Source: Schmidtea polychroa (Eukaryota). Taken from it: a stretch of DNA of 64,000 nucleotides. The notes below the pieces were generated by a model. It was not told the origin of the DNA and did no database searches. It was given only the letters and a program-made list of their open reading frames with translations. The translations under genes and the position numbers were made by a program. Below, piece by piece: positions 1 to 14,734 of this stretch (the first letter of the stretch is position 1; each line of letters starts with the position of its first letter). The stretch spans positions 237,710,001-237,774,000 of the forward strand of contig CM097885.1 in the NCBI GenBank assembly GCA_044892525.1. Reading direction: 5' to 3'.

Positions 1-735
1 CAATGAGTGTATAATTGATGAACTCTATGGCAAATCTTGTTTATTTTGTTTAGATTAACTGATGTCCCATATCGTTTTAATCTTAATCGTTTATTATGTG
101 AAACTCGGGGGCAAGTGCAATCGGAAATTAAAATCAAAGCTGATACTGATCACATTGTCACATCCAGTACTTTGTGTATTTTTCTGTTAATAAATTTAAG
201 GCATTTATAGTGAAATGAAGTTTGTCAAAATGCTTCTTCTTACATCACCTAGTTAGAGGTGATCAATGTCTTTTTATGTTATTTTCATGTCAAAATATTG
301 GTTGCTTTTATAATTTGAGGCAAATTTGCTTTTACATGTGATAATAAAACTTTTATTTCAATCAATGTATAAAATTGAATACTATTTTTGACATTTCAAA
401 TTTATTGATAGAATTTAAATTAATAATTTATAAAAATGTTGATTCAAATTATAGCAATCAATGCAATAATATATTTATATATAAAATAAAATTATAAATT
501 CAAACGTAAAATAATATCAAATGTAGTAGAATATTTAACTATTAAAAAATGAAATTGTTACCTTCAAATAAATGATCAATGGACTTTCTCATTAATTTAC
601 CAGATTTCCCATAGCTCAAATCATTGGAAGTGAAAATATTTCTATTAACGTTAGAATGGGATTTGTTATCACTAGCATAAATAGAGTTCAAATTAAATCC
701 AGCTATGGATTGAGCCATTATTTTCTATTTAAAAA

Positions 736-3700
736 TTAATGGAACTTTAAAAGTAAATTTGTTTGTTTTACTTTTTCCTTTTTAGAATATGGATCTTCCT
801 TGTTCATATTACCCAAACCTGATGCTAATCCATCTAGATTAGGAGCCATAGATTTAGACATAAGATATGCTGTTGCTCTTGCTGATTGGGGTCGCCTGTT
901 AATGTGACTATATGGGAATACTAATGGTTGAACTGATGGTTCCAAAAGGATATGTTCAGCCCATGAAGATTTTAATCCTGGTCTATTTAGTGGGCGTGGA
1001 TCTAGCTTTAATTCATGTTGAGTAAAAGGTTTGGTAAATTCACAGCTGTCAATAGATTCAAGCCACCACATTAATGATAAATCTACATCAGTTAATTCGA
1101 CGTCTAACTTCATTTAAATTCTATTATTTTAGATTTAGATTTTCTTACTATCTAACATGGGAGGAAATTTTATTTTCGTATTTGGAGAACAAGCTCGTGT
1201 TTTACAAAATTCAACACAACCTTCATAAAATAATCCTTTTATAAGTAGTTGAACCAAACGGTCTTCTGTGGCAACTTCGCATGTGGATAAAGGTTTGGAT
1301 TGAGGACTACTTAAGTAGGGCTCTAAGAGAGGATAAACCTGAGAAAGGTTATTAAAATCAAAATATGATGATTTAGGAAGTATTTTAAAGTATTTTATTG
1401 TAAATCATACAGTAAAATCATCAGTTATAATGGCAGATATGTAAATCAAATTCATAGTCATAGTCATGATATATTAATAGATGAAATAAATAAGTAAGTC
1501 ATAGATAAGAATAATTCATTGAAGCGTATGAAGTTAATGGAAATACAGATGGAAATGGGACTAACACGATTGAAAAATATAGGAACAAAATCTTATCTTT
1601 TTTCAATTTTTTCTTGATTTTTATTTTATGACTTTCAATCAATATTTTGTTTTATATTTGAATGGAATCAGATACAAATCAAAATATTTATTAATAATCT
1701 ATTAAAAAAAGAAATGAAGATACAGCCTTTAAGCCAAATACTTAACATCCCATTACACAAAACTCGATGTTTAATAAAACAAAGTAAATAAATTTTATGT
1801 AGTATATCATACATTTGTCATATTATTCATCATGAACTCGGTTCCGCTTATAACTAATGAAAATTTCAGGTGCACTCTATAGGAGCCATCCATATATTAC
1901 GTACACCAAAAAGTCATATTTTCATACTCCTTCCCTTGTCACATACCGCATATTTTTAACTTTCCTACCCCCTATATGTTTGAAAGGTTAATTTAATTCA
2001 TAGAAGCAAAATATTCTTTTTATTATTTATGAACATTAAAAAAATTTGAAACAACTGGTAATTTTTCATCCTAATTTTCATCAACAGACCTTTTCATAAC
2101 CTTTACATGACATTGCGAAAGTATTATGATTGCTTCTATGAATGTTTCAAGTTTGCTTGAAATTTATGATATATCTTGCACTCTGTGTTGGTTTCCTTTT
2201 GAAACCTTTGCTTTTGATTCTGAAAGAATTCATTGGTAGCTTTTATGACACAAATTCTATTCATTGTGTAGATGAAGTGAAATAGGTCTTTGTAATTGTG
2301 GATATCTAGTTAGATTCTGGAATAGACGAACTTTAACCAGTATACAATAGCACAATTAACCCAGGAATGAAAGGTTACGGATATTAAAGATTTCATGAAC
2401 TGTGCTATGGACAACATCAGCAAGTCATAATGCACTTTTTACTTTGTCTAACGGAATTAGTAACCACTTTTAATTTTGTCCATCTTGTATCACCAAGTAA
2501 TTGGTTAGATTTATAAATTCCATCAAAACCTCTTGATTGCCAATCATCACAATATTTCTACCATATTTCTACTTTTTATTTTTCATATCATTTTCATTCT
2601 CAGATTAATAATTTGATTTATTCAATACTATATTAGGTTATTTCACGAAATAAGAATAAATTTAACCGTTTGCGAACAGTAGGCCAGCACTGCTGGCCAC
2701 GAATTTTGTTCCAGGCTTTCAACAATGTATAATGGCCAGCTGTACTGGCCAAACTTTAATAAAATCATACCACGATATCATATACTAAAAAATGTTATGC
2801 TTATATGTATATATTTGTGTGTGTGTGTGTGTGTGTAATGGTGTAAAATATTTTTTACGGGTGTCTAACATTAAAATAATATAAACATTACAAGCTTTGT
2901 GATACCCAGTGCAAATCCCAATAGTAGACTAGTTTCGAACTTTTGGCTCTCATCAGTACTGTGCAGGAGATTTCTCTTCGTGCCAGGTAAGCGTACAATA
3001 TTGCTGATTCAACTCTATTGCATACATTCCCTGGAAGACTGGAAATCACATCACTTGCAAATTAGTTATATCACAGAAAAAATATCTGCAAACTTGTAAA
3101 CATGGCGTATGAAAAATCTAATTCGCCTCTGGAGACACCGTCTATACACAGAAACTATTTACAAGTGCATCCGTAAACCTTTAGCATTTTTAACTTGTAA
3201 TGGTGTAAAATATATTTTTTTACTGATGTCAGCAATATTAATTAATTCCGTCCGCAAACGGTTAAGATTAAGTCAAAGTTGGAAAATATATAAATGTAAA
3301 AATATTTTTTATAAAATCTCTCCAACTGTTTCCTACATCTTTTAATTCCTTTTCAAAAGAACTCGATGCATTTTGAATTGATAAAATCAAAAAATTATGT
3401 TTTGTGTCATCTTTATGTAGGAGTCCTGTATTCTTTAGAAAGCTATCATACTTTTTAAATAGATGAAAATCCATATGAGAAAAATCTAGTGATCGTGAAG
3501 TGTCAAAATTTCAAGATCCTGTAACCTTTTAACGGTAAATTTCAAAAGATGAAGACGAACGTTATTGTGTAGAAGTGTTGTTATATAGATATGTGGAATA
3601 AACCAGGGTGTTTTCTCTTCAATTTCCAATGAAATCTGTATAATTCTGTAGAGTATGATATCCCAGTATCAGTTTCTTCGTGTTTTGGAAAATTATACCT

Positions 3701-6700
3701 CTTCACCAAAATTTTAACTCTGATTTAGTTACCATCACGACACAAATATTTGATACACATTACACGTTTAATTATACACGCTAACAAATGTCTATTTGGT
3801 GGCCACCCACCTAATGTAGCCTAAATTGAGTTTTTGAAAACAAATATTTATTCAATTTCGAATTTCTTTTTCTATTGACCTAGATTTTATATTAGAAGTA
3901 TCTCTGCCAATTTTGTTGAAATTTGGATGTAAAAAAGGGCCGTATATATGAAGACACACACAACCTTTGAGAAATATAGATATAAATTGAAAAATTATTT
4001 AAAAAAAAAGTATAAAACAAATGAAATGCTATATGCAGTGATACAATTTTAAGACGAATTTATTCATCGTCATCCTCAATATCTAAATACGCAGTATCTC
4101 TTATAACCCAATAATTTGATAAATTTCTAAAGTTAAAGGTCATCCATGCGTTCAGTAAATCACATATAAAATTAACTTCCAAATTACTATAAATAAAATT
4201 CTGAAACACTGAAACTTATTTAAAGCGACAATAAATATAGAAAAATTGAAAAAAAAATGAATTAACTAAATTACAAAATATAACAGAAATCAGTGAATCG
4301 GAAAATAGTTGTGAATTGAAAATTGATGTGACAAATAATTTGTCTTTCTAGATTCTGCTTTCAAGTAAAATAAAGGAATTTAAAAATAACCTTAAGCGTT
4401 AAAACAAATCTATTGACTGTTAAAGATTAAAGCAAAAACATAACAGATAAATCTCCATATATGTCAAACCAGAAGAAGCTCAAAAGAAATTCCCAAGAAA
4501 ACATTTTCAAGAGATAGGTAAAAGTATAAAAAGTGCCTATTATGAATGAATGATAAACTTCAGAAAAACTCCTAACAAAAACCAGGATCAAGTGTTTTTT
4601 TGATAAAGTAAATCTTTATCATAAATAAATTTCATACACACTTCATAAAGCCTGTGCCGAAATATCGTGTACCTTATATATTGTTTTACAAATATTAATA
4701 TGAAAATTATTGAATTCCATTTTAATTAAACTGGATAATTACAAATAAAAACTGATAATATTTATGCATAAGAACTTATCAGAGATTAAGGGCCTGAAAT
4801 AGGCAAATGCCCGATGGGCTGGTCAGGTCAAAGGTTGTTTCTACGAATTCTTCTTATTCATTCAAATCAACGAAAAATACATTGTCTTTGAAGTTGTCAT
4901 TATCATCATCGTCGTCATCAATAATATCATAATCATAATTATTTGATATATAATGCAGCCCGACAATCTCCTCCATACTTAACCCTATGGTACAAAATAT
5001 GTCGGTTTGGAATGACACATTAAAAAATTATAGATTTTTGGTCACAATTTCTAAGACAACAGCTGAAATACATCAACGAATAGCTTTTAACAAACCTATA
5101 TTGTCGACATTTCCATTCTTTCCATATACATTAATATTGTTGGGTTTTAGGTAATTTAAGTCGGTAACCTCTGACTCCTCGTGTCCTTTTAATCCAAACA
5201 ATAAACTATCCAACGTATATTTGAATCACAAAAATATATTCTTTTCTCAACAATAAACAATCAATAATCAAAGTTAAGTTTGACCGATTCTCAGCTCGGT
5301 GTTGATGCTTTGACAAAAGATAATATTCACCTTTTATTTCCTTAGGTTCTCTTGACCAACGTTTTCCTTTTTCTATTTGAATTGATCATTTTTCACCTTT
5401 TCGTATTCCTATTCTATATATTCTTTTTCCCTAATCTCCTTAATTCGTTTTTACCTTTCGCCTATTCTCGTTTCTTCTTACCCTAACTGAAGCAAAATGC
5501 CGCTTATTTTGAATTTCGACTTTGTTTTTATACTGAAATAATCACTTTGATTAATCGGTTTTTGACCTGATTGCTCCGGCTCCTTGAACGTTGTTTGCAC
5601 CATATCATGATTAATTGGCTCCCTTTGCTATTCCTTCGTAATAGTCCTAATTTTGTTTGTCTCCATTAATCATGCTGTCATGATAATGGTCTTCCGAGAT
5701 TCTCATTTTGTTTACTTTTCATGTTAATCGATCTCGGGTTTCCTTCATCTCTCGGGTTCTCCATTTGCCCGGGTTTCCTATTAGTTCGGGTTTTCTATTA
5801 GCCAATTAATTAATTAACGATTTTCTGTTTTAACACATTCGAATGCTTTTCGACCCTTTCTAGCCATTTTCTGATAAATCCCTAATCATCATCTTGTTGA
5901 CCATCAGCTAATCTATACCTGTCCCGTTTTCCCAATTCGATTTCGATAACTTTACAATTTATTGATTTTTCTCGGATTTCCGGAGTCTTGCTTTTCGCAA
6001 CTGCTTTTGCCATTTCATAATACTGCTTCCATCATACTTTTCTTTACTATCAATTCTGTGCATGACCGCGCTTTTATTTATCTTTTCCTTCACCTAATTT
6101 TTATTTAACTTTTCAACCTAAATTTATTTAAATTTATTTTTAATTTACTGACCGCCGATTTCGTATTTTTACCTACTCATCAAGGATTGTACTAAACCTA
6201 CCACCCTCATTCTTAATTGCTGTTTTTTTCTATTATCTCTTGTTTCCTATTTTCCAATTCAGTATGAATAAGTCGCATAACACCATTTTCAATTTTTTGA
6301 AGGTTTCACACTCAGCCTGCAATAGGTTGCCTTATAAATTTAGAGTATGTAATTTTACGAATTGTTATTCCGTCTTCAGCAGCTAATCTTGAAACAATTT
6401 CATTTAAACTTTTGTCATTATACGAAATTCATAAAAAAAATTTTCTTTGATTTTTTCGGAGCTTGGTTCCCCAAAAACAGATTCATCATTATCCCTTTTA
6501 CAATTGATTTTGTGCACCAGTTTCAGATGATTTAACATTGCAACCGTGCTTCCATCACAATGTGAAATAAAAACCAGGCACCTTAAAAATTGAACCTTTG
6601 CAATATTATTATTGGTAGACGGAATTGTTTTTAAATATTCCCAAACAGGAGCTAACGATGCCATGGGTTAGATTTACGGGAAAATAATATAATTTTTTCA

Positions 6701-9017
6701 ACGAAAAAAATTGCTTGAATAAATTTACTAATTAATTATAAATTTTATATAAATTACTTAAATTAAAAAATAATGCTTTCGATTTTTAATAAATAATCCT
6801 GATGGAAAATATTAAGTTTAAATGCAATGTCAATTGAAAAGAAATCAGAGGTGAAAATTGAAAGAAGTTCTGATTATTTATATTTATATTTATTAAAAAA
6901 TTGACTATGAATCAGTAAAGATATTTAAAAAAACATCGATATATTTATTGATTCACAGTCAAGTCTTTTAATAAATACAATGTCAATTGAAAAGAAATCA
7001 GAGGTGAAAATTGAAAGAAGTTCTCATTATTTATATTTATATTTATTAAAAAATTGACTATGAATCAGTAAAGATATTTAAAAAACATCGATATATTTAT
7101 TGATTCATAGTTAAGTTTTTAATAAATAATGAAAAGAAATCAGAAATGAAAAAGTTCTTAAATATATAAATTTATATAAAGTGACGTCTTCTCGAGATAA
7201 AAATAAATTATACAATGTGTATAAATTGAATATAAAATACTTTACTTAAAATTCATTTAGAAATCAATTTTTCTCAGCCTACTAAGAATTTTTTTCTTAT
7301 TCTAACAGTTTTATTCTATTTTTAAAATAATTTTTGCTCTTCGATAACCACGAGTATTTTTTAGGCGGATACCGAATACGGATAATCCAAAACGTCCAAT
7401 AGATCCAATATATTTCTTAAAGGAGAAGATTTAGAAAGATTTGTCATTTTATTGGATTCCATTTATTTTTAATTTGATTTATTTAAACGTAAATTGAGCG
7501 GTAAAGGTATAAAGCCGCCACAATCTTGAACACTGAGGAAAAGCGTATATGCATTGAAAAAATTTAAAAAACAAAGTGACAACTTTTACAAAATGATTTT
7601 AAGAATTCCTTAAAGAGATTATTTTCTGAAATCTCTCATTAAATAGCGCAACCTTTCGATAAGTGTAAGCTTTTACCTTTCATAGAATCAAACCTTGTTT
7701 GTTGTTATTTTGATTTCCTTATCTATATTTATAATTTCGAATGTATGTATGTATGTATGAATGTCGGTTTGTAACGCTTTTTGAATACATATTTTGGTTT
7801 GTTTATTTTAATATTAATTTTTTAAATTTTATTTAATCATTTAAATCTTTTTCATAATCAAAATTATTAAAGATAGGATAAATTTCAGTTTCTAGATTAC
7901 AATATTTCTTATTGATTTCTTATTATCAATAATAATATAAATATTAATATTAAGTAATATTTGATTCATATCAGTCATTCTAACACCAAAAATATAGATG
8001 TTATGAAGTTAAACCATAAAATGTGGGAACTTATATCAATTGAAACTGTTAATTATATGAGTATTGATTCTAGGGTATCAGATGATCCGAATGTCCTAAT
8101 TGATTTCCTTCATAGATTATGTCCATCGAGAATGCCACCTCATTTATTGAAGCTGAAGCTCAAAACAATATTTAAATGCTAAATCAGTGTGGCTGCAACC
8201 TCCCCCCCTCCTCCTCCACCTTTTATGACTTTTAATATTAAATTGATAGATTTAGCTAATAAATATTTTGACAATCCTATGAAATTCCAATAATTACTGA
8301 TTTTCCAAAAAATTTTAATAGAAATTTATTTTTCGTCATTTTTTTCTAATTATTTAATAAATTTTATTTAATTTATAAATTATAATTAATTTCATAATTT
8401 AATTAAATCGATAAAATTCTTAAAACAAAATATACTTTGTTGAAGCAATGAACACGACTTATACTTGGATTCCAATTCTGGTATTCCACGTGATGAGACA
8501 AACTTGGTAGGCTTAATAAATAGCATAATTCTTTATAATCTTCCGGTGAAGGGCAAAAGACTTCTATTTGCTTTAAGCAGGAAGTTACCTGTAAATTATT
8601 AATAATTAATAAATAATATTTAATAAAAGCAACCTCGTCTACAGAAAATCCTGAATCAGTTGTTGAAAAATTAATTCCTTCTGATTTAATGCATAGCAAT
8701 TCCAAATATTTATGTTTCAATAATAAATAACGAATATGTTTAAGATCTATTGCTAAATTTGCTGATTCTAGCGGTTCTAGATACTCTAGTGCATCGTCCC
8801 ACTTAAAATGTTTAAAGTCTATATAATTAATTTATATAATTACATGTCCCTCTAAAACAACTTGACGAAAAAATAGCATGTCTTCACTATAAACGCCATT
8901 AACACTGCCAGTTTCTCTCTCAAGTGAAAGCATAGATATAGATAAATCTTTTTTTTCTAAGAACTCCAAAATTAATTTAATTATATCACATTCATAAAAT
9001 GTGAGTGTCTGGGGCAT
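736..9017 (-). CDS. WDR47: WD repeat-containing protein 47 (LisH/CTLH N-terminal part), multi-exon; 3' exons not resolved and probably continue off the left of the window
   Basis: ATG at 9017. Exons translate to IIKLILEFLEKKDLSISMLSLERETG..EDMLFFRQVVLEGH|WDDALEYLEPL, FCPSPEDYKELCYLLSLPSL..WNPSISRVHCF, RLVQLLIKGLFYEGCVEFC and DLSLMWWL..RRPQSA..MSKSMAPNLDGL, collinear with metazoan WDR47. Introns are short GT-AG, plus one long intron at 1339-8435. Confidence 0.9.
2666..3261. mobile_element. piggyBac-type MITE
   Basis: TTAA on both sides (2662-2665, 3262-3265); imperfect 14-bp TIR CCGTTTGCGAACAG / CCGTCCGCAAACGG; no transposase. Confidence 0.7.
5138..6153 (-). mobile_element. LTR family A copy (reverse orientation, variant middle section)
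   Basis: Reverse complement of the 18124-19176 and 25925-26983 copies over long blocks (e.g. ttgattttt ctcggatttccgga, cctgtcccgttttcc); starts TGTTGGG; no TSD found. Confidence 0.8.
6330..6664 (-). pseudogene. hAT transposase N-terminal BED zinc-finger remnant
   Basis: APVWEYL..C...STVAMLNHLKLVH BED pattern with one Cys lost; truncated. Confidence 0.7.
6825..7128. repeat. Tandem duplication, ~153-bp unit x2
   Basis: caatgtcaattgaaaagaaatcagaggtg... occurs at 6825 and 6978 with near identity. Confidence 0.85.
7990..8175 (+). pseudogene. Helitron PIF1-like helicase fragment
   Basis: YMSIDS..DFLHRLCPSRMPPHLLKLK resembles the Helitron EFLNSL.PSG.PPH.L.LK motif. Confidence 0.7.
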
Positions 9018-9526
9018 TTTAATTAAGTAAGAAAATAATTTTCGGGAGAAAATTAGTTTTTAAAAAATATAAAAAGTCTGATTACAAATTTATAGTTAAA
9101 TTCGAATAAATAAATATCTTTAAATAATTTAAGTTAATTTAATTTGAATAAATTATTATAAAGCAAACTGAGGTATGATCTTTGAAATAATTAAACAAGA
9201 AATATTTAAAGCAAAAATCTAAAAGATTTTTTAAATCAAGCATTTCAATATAAATGTTTTATTATATTATATTTATGGGTTAAGTTTCATAAATTTTAGA
9301 ATGCAAATTTTGATGATTTGGCTTAAAGACTTTGGCTTTAGACTTTGGAAATCTCTAAAAAAATTTTAATTTTTAATGTTATTTGTAATATTGATAATTT
9401 TTCGAGTCTGATATCGTTTTAAAACTCAAGTATTTGTTAACTGTATACATTCTAAATATACTTTATGAATTTTATTGACTTTGGTCAAAGTTTTTAATTA
9501 ATTTAATTAATATTACTTAAACAGAC

Positions 9527-10144
9527 CAGCGTTGCCAACCGTACTATAATTATAGTATTTGTACCATAATTTGTATCTTGTGTACTATGTACTATTGGAA
9601 GTTCTAATTGTACTATAATTTTAACAAATTTATCTAAAACATTTTTTCACTACGATATTTTAATTTTCTGAAAACAATTAATCAGAATTTTTCTAAAAAA
9701 AACTAATTAAAAATGAATAATTTGATAAATCCTGCATCATCTGTTATGCTTTGATGCTAAAATATTTTAAAATACTGAATTATAAATAAAAAGAAAAATT
9801 GTTATTTTTCGGAAAGCATTTTTTGGGAAAGGGTATGACTGACGCTTAAATCAAAATAGAATTATGCTATATGTAACTATAAATATATAATAAGTATTAT
9901 TACATATAAATTTATTACTTAATTATCATATGAATTTGTTTGCTATTGTTTTTATGTATATTTTTTAATGGGTCCTGAAGAAAAACCAAATATTTTAATT
10001 TTTGTTAATTTAATTTTAATAAAAAGTTTATAATAGAAAAGCATTTTTTTGTAGTTTTTTAAATATGTACTATAATTTTTTTGAAAATACTATAATTTTG
10101 TCCATATTGTACTATAATGACATCTTCAAAAGTTGGCAACCCTG
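9527..10144. mobile_element. hAT-like MITE
   Basis: TIR CAGCGTTGCCAAC / GTTGGCAACCCTG; 8-bp TSD AAACAGAC (9519-9526, 10145-10152); subterminal GTACTATAAT repeats. Confidence 0.85.
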
Positions 10145-10896
10145 AAACAGACTGACATTATTAGTTTTATTAATTTGCATTAGTTGATAATATTTCTACA
10201 GTTAGTGAAAGAAGTTATTGTTGGGATTCAAGATTATTCTTGGGCAACGAATAATTTTTTGCATCAAATATACCAATCGTATCTTTAGAAAATTCATCAT
10301 CTAGAGGCTCTGGCAACTCTACTCCACAATAACTATTAACTTTCCCATTTATTCATAACAATTGTCTTTGTTGCAGTTTTTCTGCGCTTTAGTGTATTTA
10401 CTTAAGAGTGTAACCATCAGACATGTTTTGTTGTGTCTAATCATATTTAGATATGTTAGTCTTACAAATCTATGGTGAGGTTGAAGCGGAATGACAAAAA
10501 AATTAATTTCATTTTATAGTGTCTTTTAATTTTTTATATTGTCAAGTACTACGAGAAATACATCTTACATTATATTGTAAGTACTACCAATTTAATATGG
10601 CAAAAGGAAAGTCTTAAAAGTTCAATGAAGCCATTTGGAACTCGAAATACAGCCACTTAGAATTACGTGGCTCATCCTATAACATTTTAAGTAGTAAGGA
10701 ATAACCTTAGAAAAGAAGACAGAAATAACCTTATAATCTGAAAAGGTTTGTTAATGTAAACTGTGGGTAACGGGAGTTTGTCACTTTATTAAATTTACGT
10801 GGATATGAGTCTATCTTTGAAAACTTAGCTATTGTAACCGAATTACCGAATTATCTATAATGAAATAAAAATTAATTGATATTTTAATCATTACCA

Positions 10897-12965
10897 ATGA
10901 ATAATAATGAAAGTAATAATAACAGAAGACAAGAAGTAGTATCTATCCAGTGTGGGCAAGCTGGGGTTCAGTTAGGTCATTCTGTTTGGGAATTATTAAC
11001 AATTGAGCATAACATATCTGCAAGTGGTATCATAAATCAACAACCTGATGATATATCTTTTACTACCTTCTTCTGCCATTCATCAGATGACCAATATTAT
11101 CCAAGAGCATTAATATTTGACACAGAGCCGACAATTCTAGGTTATTAAAACTAATTTATAAAATTTCATTAATAATTTCCCATTAACATCATCTAGACGA
11201 AATTCGCTGTGGATACTACAGGAAACTTTTCCATCCGGATTTGCTAATAAATGGTAACCAAGATGCTGCCAATAACTTTGCAAGAGGTTACATTTCTGAA
11301 GCTAAACGAATGATTTATGGTTTGATTGAAAAAGCTCGACATGTTATTGAAAACTGTGATAACTTTTCCGGATTTCTTGTTCAATCTGGAACTGCGGGCG
11401 GAACTGGAAGTGGTTTGTTGTCAGCATTAATGGAGCATCTTTTAACCGAGTTTGCTGGGCGAACAAATATGCAATTGTCAATATTTCCCGGTCAGAAATT
11501 GAGTAATTGTATAGTTCAGCCGTATAATTGTATTTTGGCAGCAGAAAAATTGATATACTGTTCTGATTTGAACATAATTGTTGACAATGAAAAATTGTAT
11601 TCAATTTGTTCCAATCAACTTGATATTGAGAGACCGACCTTTTCAAATATTAATAGAGTTGTCTCTCCGATTCTGTCCGGCATAACGGCGCCAATTCGAT
11701 TTCACGGAATGATAAATAGTGATTTGAAAGAGATTTCTACCAATTTAGTGCCATATCCTAGCTTGCATTTTCCTCTTATCAGCTATGCTCCATTAAATAG
11801 CACTGATAAATTGGATCATGATTTGTTGAGCAATGAATCTCTGACGAGATCGTTATTTGATGAAGAAAATCAGTTTACTGATGTTGATTTAAAAGAAGGA
11901 AGTTTTCTCTCTTCAGTTTTATTATACAGGGGCAATTGTGATCTCTCGGGTGTTCTAAAAACGGTTCAGGCTTTAAAAAAGGAAAAAGATTTTCATTGGG
12001 TTGATTGGTGTCCAACTGGGTTTAAAATAAGTCATACTGTACAAAGAGCGTGTTCTATACCTTTCCATGGACCGCTAAATTACGATAAGGCCGCTACTAT
12101 GATTTCAAATCATAGTTGTATTGCTTCTAATTTACGAAATATAGAAAATAAATTCAGCATCCTTTTCAGAAAAAAGGCATACGTACATTGGTATGTTGGA
12201 GAAGGAATGGAGGAAAGTCAATTTCTTGATGCCATGTATGAAGTCGAAATGATATCTTCAGATTATTTTAATATGGTAGACAGAATTCAAATTGATAAAT
12301 CATTTTCTAGCACCCATTCAGAAAAGTCTCTAAGGTTACAAAACAGTTTCATTAAATCAAACGAAGAACATAATTCCGATTTTTTGGACGTTAATGTTGT
12401 AAATAAAATTAATAGTGGAGGGGAAAAAAATAGTGAACATTCTTCAAATGTGGCAGGAAATTTCCAAAAAGATGCATTAGAATATAAATCAATTATCTCA
12501 CATCAAAAGATAAAAGAAAACGTAGAAGAATTTAAAGAAAGACCATCTTTAAATAGTATAGTCTCACAAAATGCAAATTCCTCAAAAAGTCTCCAAATCG
12601 AAATTTCAAGCAATTTGAATCCGGTAAAACTTAATAAACACAAAGATTTTGAATACGGGTTTGATTCCAGCAGTCCCTATCAAAGTGCCAACACCCACGA
12701 GTGGTCCCATGTATTTAACGACAAATCAACATTTGAAACGGAATATGACTCAAACAACGCGGCAAAAATGATTTACGAAATGTGCGCCCGGAATTATTTT
12801 AACAATAATTTCAAAACATTACCCAATAATAAACAAATTCTTCGTCAAATTTCGTTATCAAAAGAGAACTCCAACAAAAATTTTTTGCAGAAAATTTATT
12901 ATAAAAATAAAGAATTGTTTAATAAATTTATGCGTAGTCAACGATATAATTTAACTGCTTCATGA
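10897..12965 (+). CDS. Divergent alpha-tubulin with long C-terminal extension (2 exons, intron 11141-11196)
   Basis: QCGQAG, PRALIFDTEPTIL|DEIRCGYYRKLFHPD, DAANNFARG, GGTGSG, DLKEISTNLVPYP, WVDWCPTGFK, AYVHWYVGEGMEE; the 56-nt GT-AG intron restores frame. Confidence 0.9.
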
Positions 12966-14354
12966 TGTAAGGCATTCGAAATTGTTGACTTTGTATATAA
13001 TATACAGTGGTAAAATTCTGTTTAATTTAGTAATTTTAACGTGTAAATCAGTGAATAAAAGCAACTTGTAATATTTACGAATAAACATCAACTTCATAAA
13101 CACTTCATATTATAATAAATAAAATTTTGTATATTAAAAGTATTTTTAATAAAATTAGGCCAAATTTTTCGAAACTTTGATTATTTTGTTTTAATAGATA
13201 AATATATCCTTCATATTTAAGTGTAATTTTATGTGTAATTAATTTTGATTTAAATATTTAGATTTATACAGCGGATAAAATATATGCAGGGATTGAGATT
13301 TACATTGCTCTTGGTTATTTCCCACTATCAAGATGTAGTTCGTGACACTTCATAATCCAATCGAGATAAAAATGGAAAATGGTAGTCGATGACTATCGAT
13401 GATAAATACATATTTCTGTTCGACTTCTCGTTTATCGAATTCCTATGTTCTTATTCGCGAATCATGTCATGTTTCGAATTCGATATGCATATTAAAAATT
13501 TATTATAACAATTTGCAAAAATTTTAAATTAATCTTACTAGATGGACGTGATCCATTCCTCCATGTATTCCCACTGTCCGTTGACCACAGTTCCTCTGCA
13601 TCAACCCAGGTTCTGGTCGATGGTCCATCAAGCGATATATTTATCTGATTTATCCATTTATACTCCTTTTCCATATTGTACATTAGCTAAAATATGTTGG
13701 TTTGGTTATTTCACTTTATATTGTGTAAGTGTGTCATGTGCATAGATCTCTCCTACTATGCGCACTCACATTCATGAGGAATAGATAATGTAATTATTAT
13801 TTTCAAAGATATTTTATTTTCGAAGTTTCATTATTATTTACTTAATTTCTACATAAATTTCATAATTTTCAACATTTTCAATTGTATTGGCAAAAATGAA
13901 CAATGTTAAATATCTCATTAATTTAGATTTTTGTTTTATTGTAAACAATAAAAAGTATGATTTTTATTTTTTGTTTTTTTACTCTCTTAAACGTTAAGAC
14001 GGAAATAATAATAATATTGCATTATTTTTTAATATACATATAACGACATTTCATCTTTAAAGTGTACATTTAAACTTTGAAGAATGATATAAAATACCAA
14101 TTAAATTGTCCATAAGAGTCTTATAAGAAGTTGATCCCAAGCTAATTTAAAATAGAAAAGTAGCTACCAGTGATCAAAAGTTTGGACACCCTTGGTCTAA
14201 CATAAGATATAATTAATTTATAAATAGAAAAAATATCGACATCAGCGGCGTATCCAAGATTTTGAAGGGAAGACAATTTTTTCAATGTGGAATTTTTTAT
14301 TTTAAAATAAACATAATTAAACATCAATCCAAAATTTTCCTTTGAAGAACTTTG

Positions 14355-14600
14355 TTACAAACTTATCGAAATTTCTCGATAAACATTTAAAAACTTCAGT
14401 CCGTTCAGTTTTTGTGCCCTGCTTGTGTTTCTGTTATCAGTTTCGACTTGCTTCATTTTTCTAAATGAACGCTCATCTTCTGCTTTTCTAAATGGAATCA
14501 CTGCGTAGATTACCAACAAATCATAGATCCGAGGAAACATTTCTTTAGGACAAAATTTCAAGTGATCTGGAGGAGATTTTGATTTTGCTATTACTATTGA
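14355..14600 (-). pseudogene. hAT transposase C-terminal dimerisation domain remnant
   Basis: MFPRIYDLL..AVIP..AEDERSFRKMK..RNT..KLNGL. Confidence 0.75.
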
Positions 14601-14734
14601 TTTATTAATTAATGAAATTGATTGAACACGTGGATAAATATATAATAAAGAAAGCAACCGAATATAAGGATAACGATGATGATTCCTCGGATACTTCTTT
14701 ATAATCTGAGTGTAAATCAAATTCAGTTCCAGAC

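Noticed and set aside
13492..13745. Short ORFs downstream of tubulin with a GTAAG donor-like site
   Set aside because: No recognisable homology or consistent exon chain
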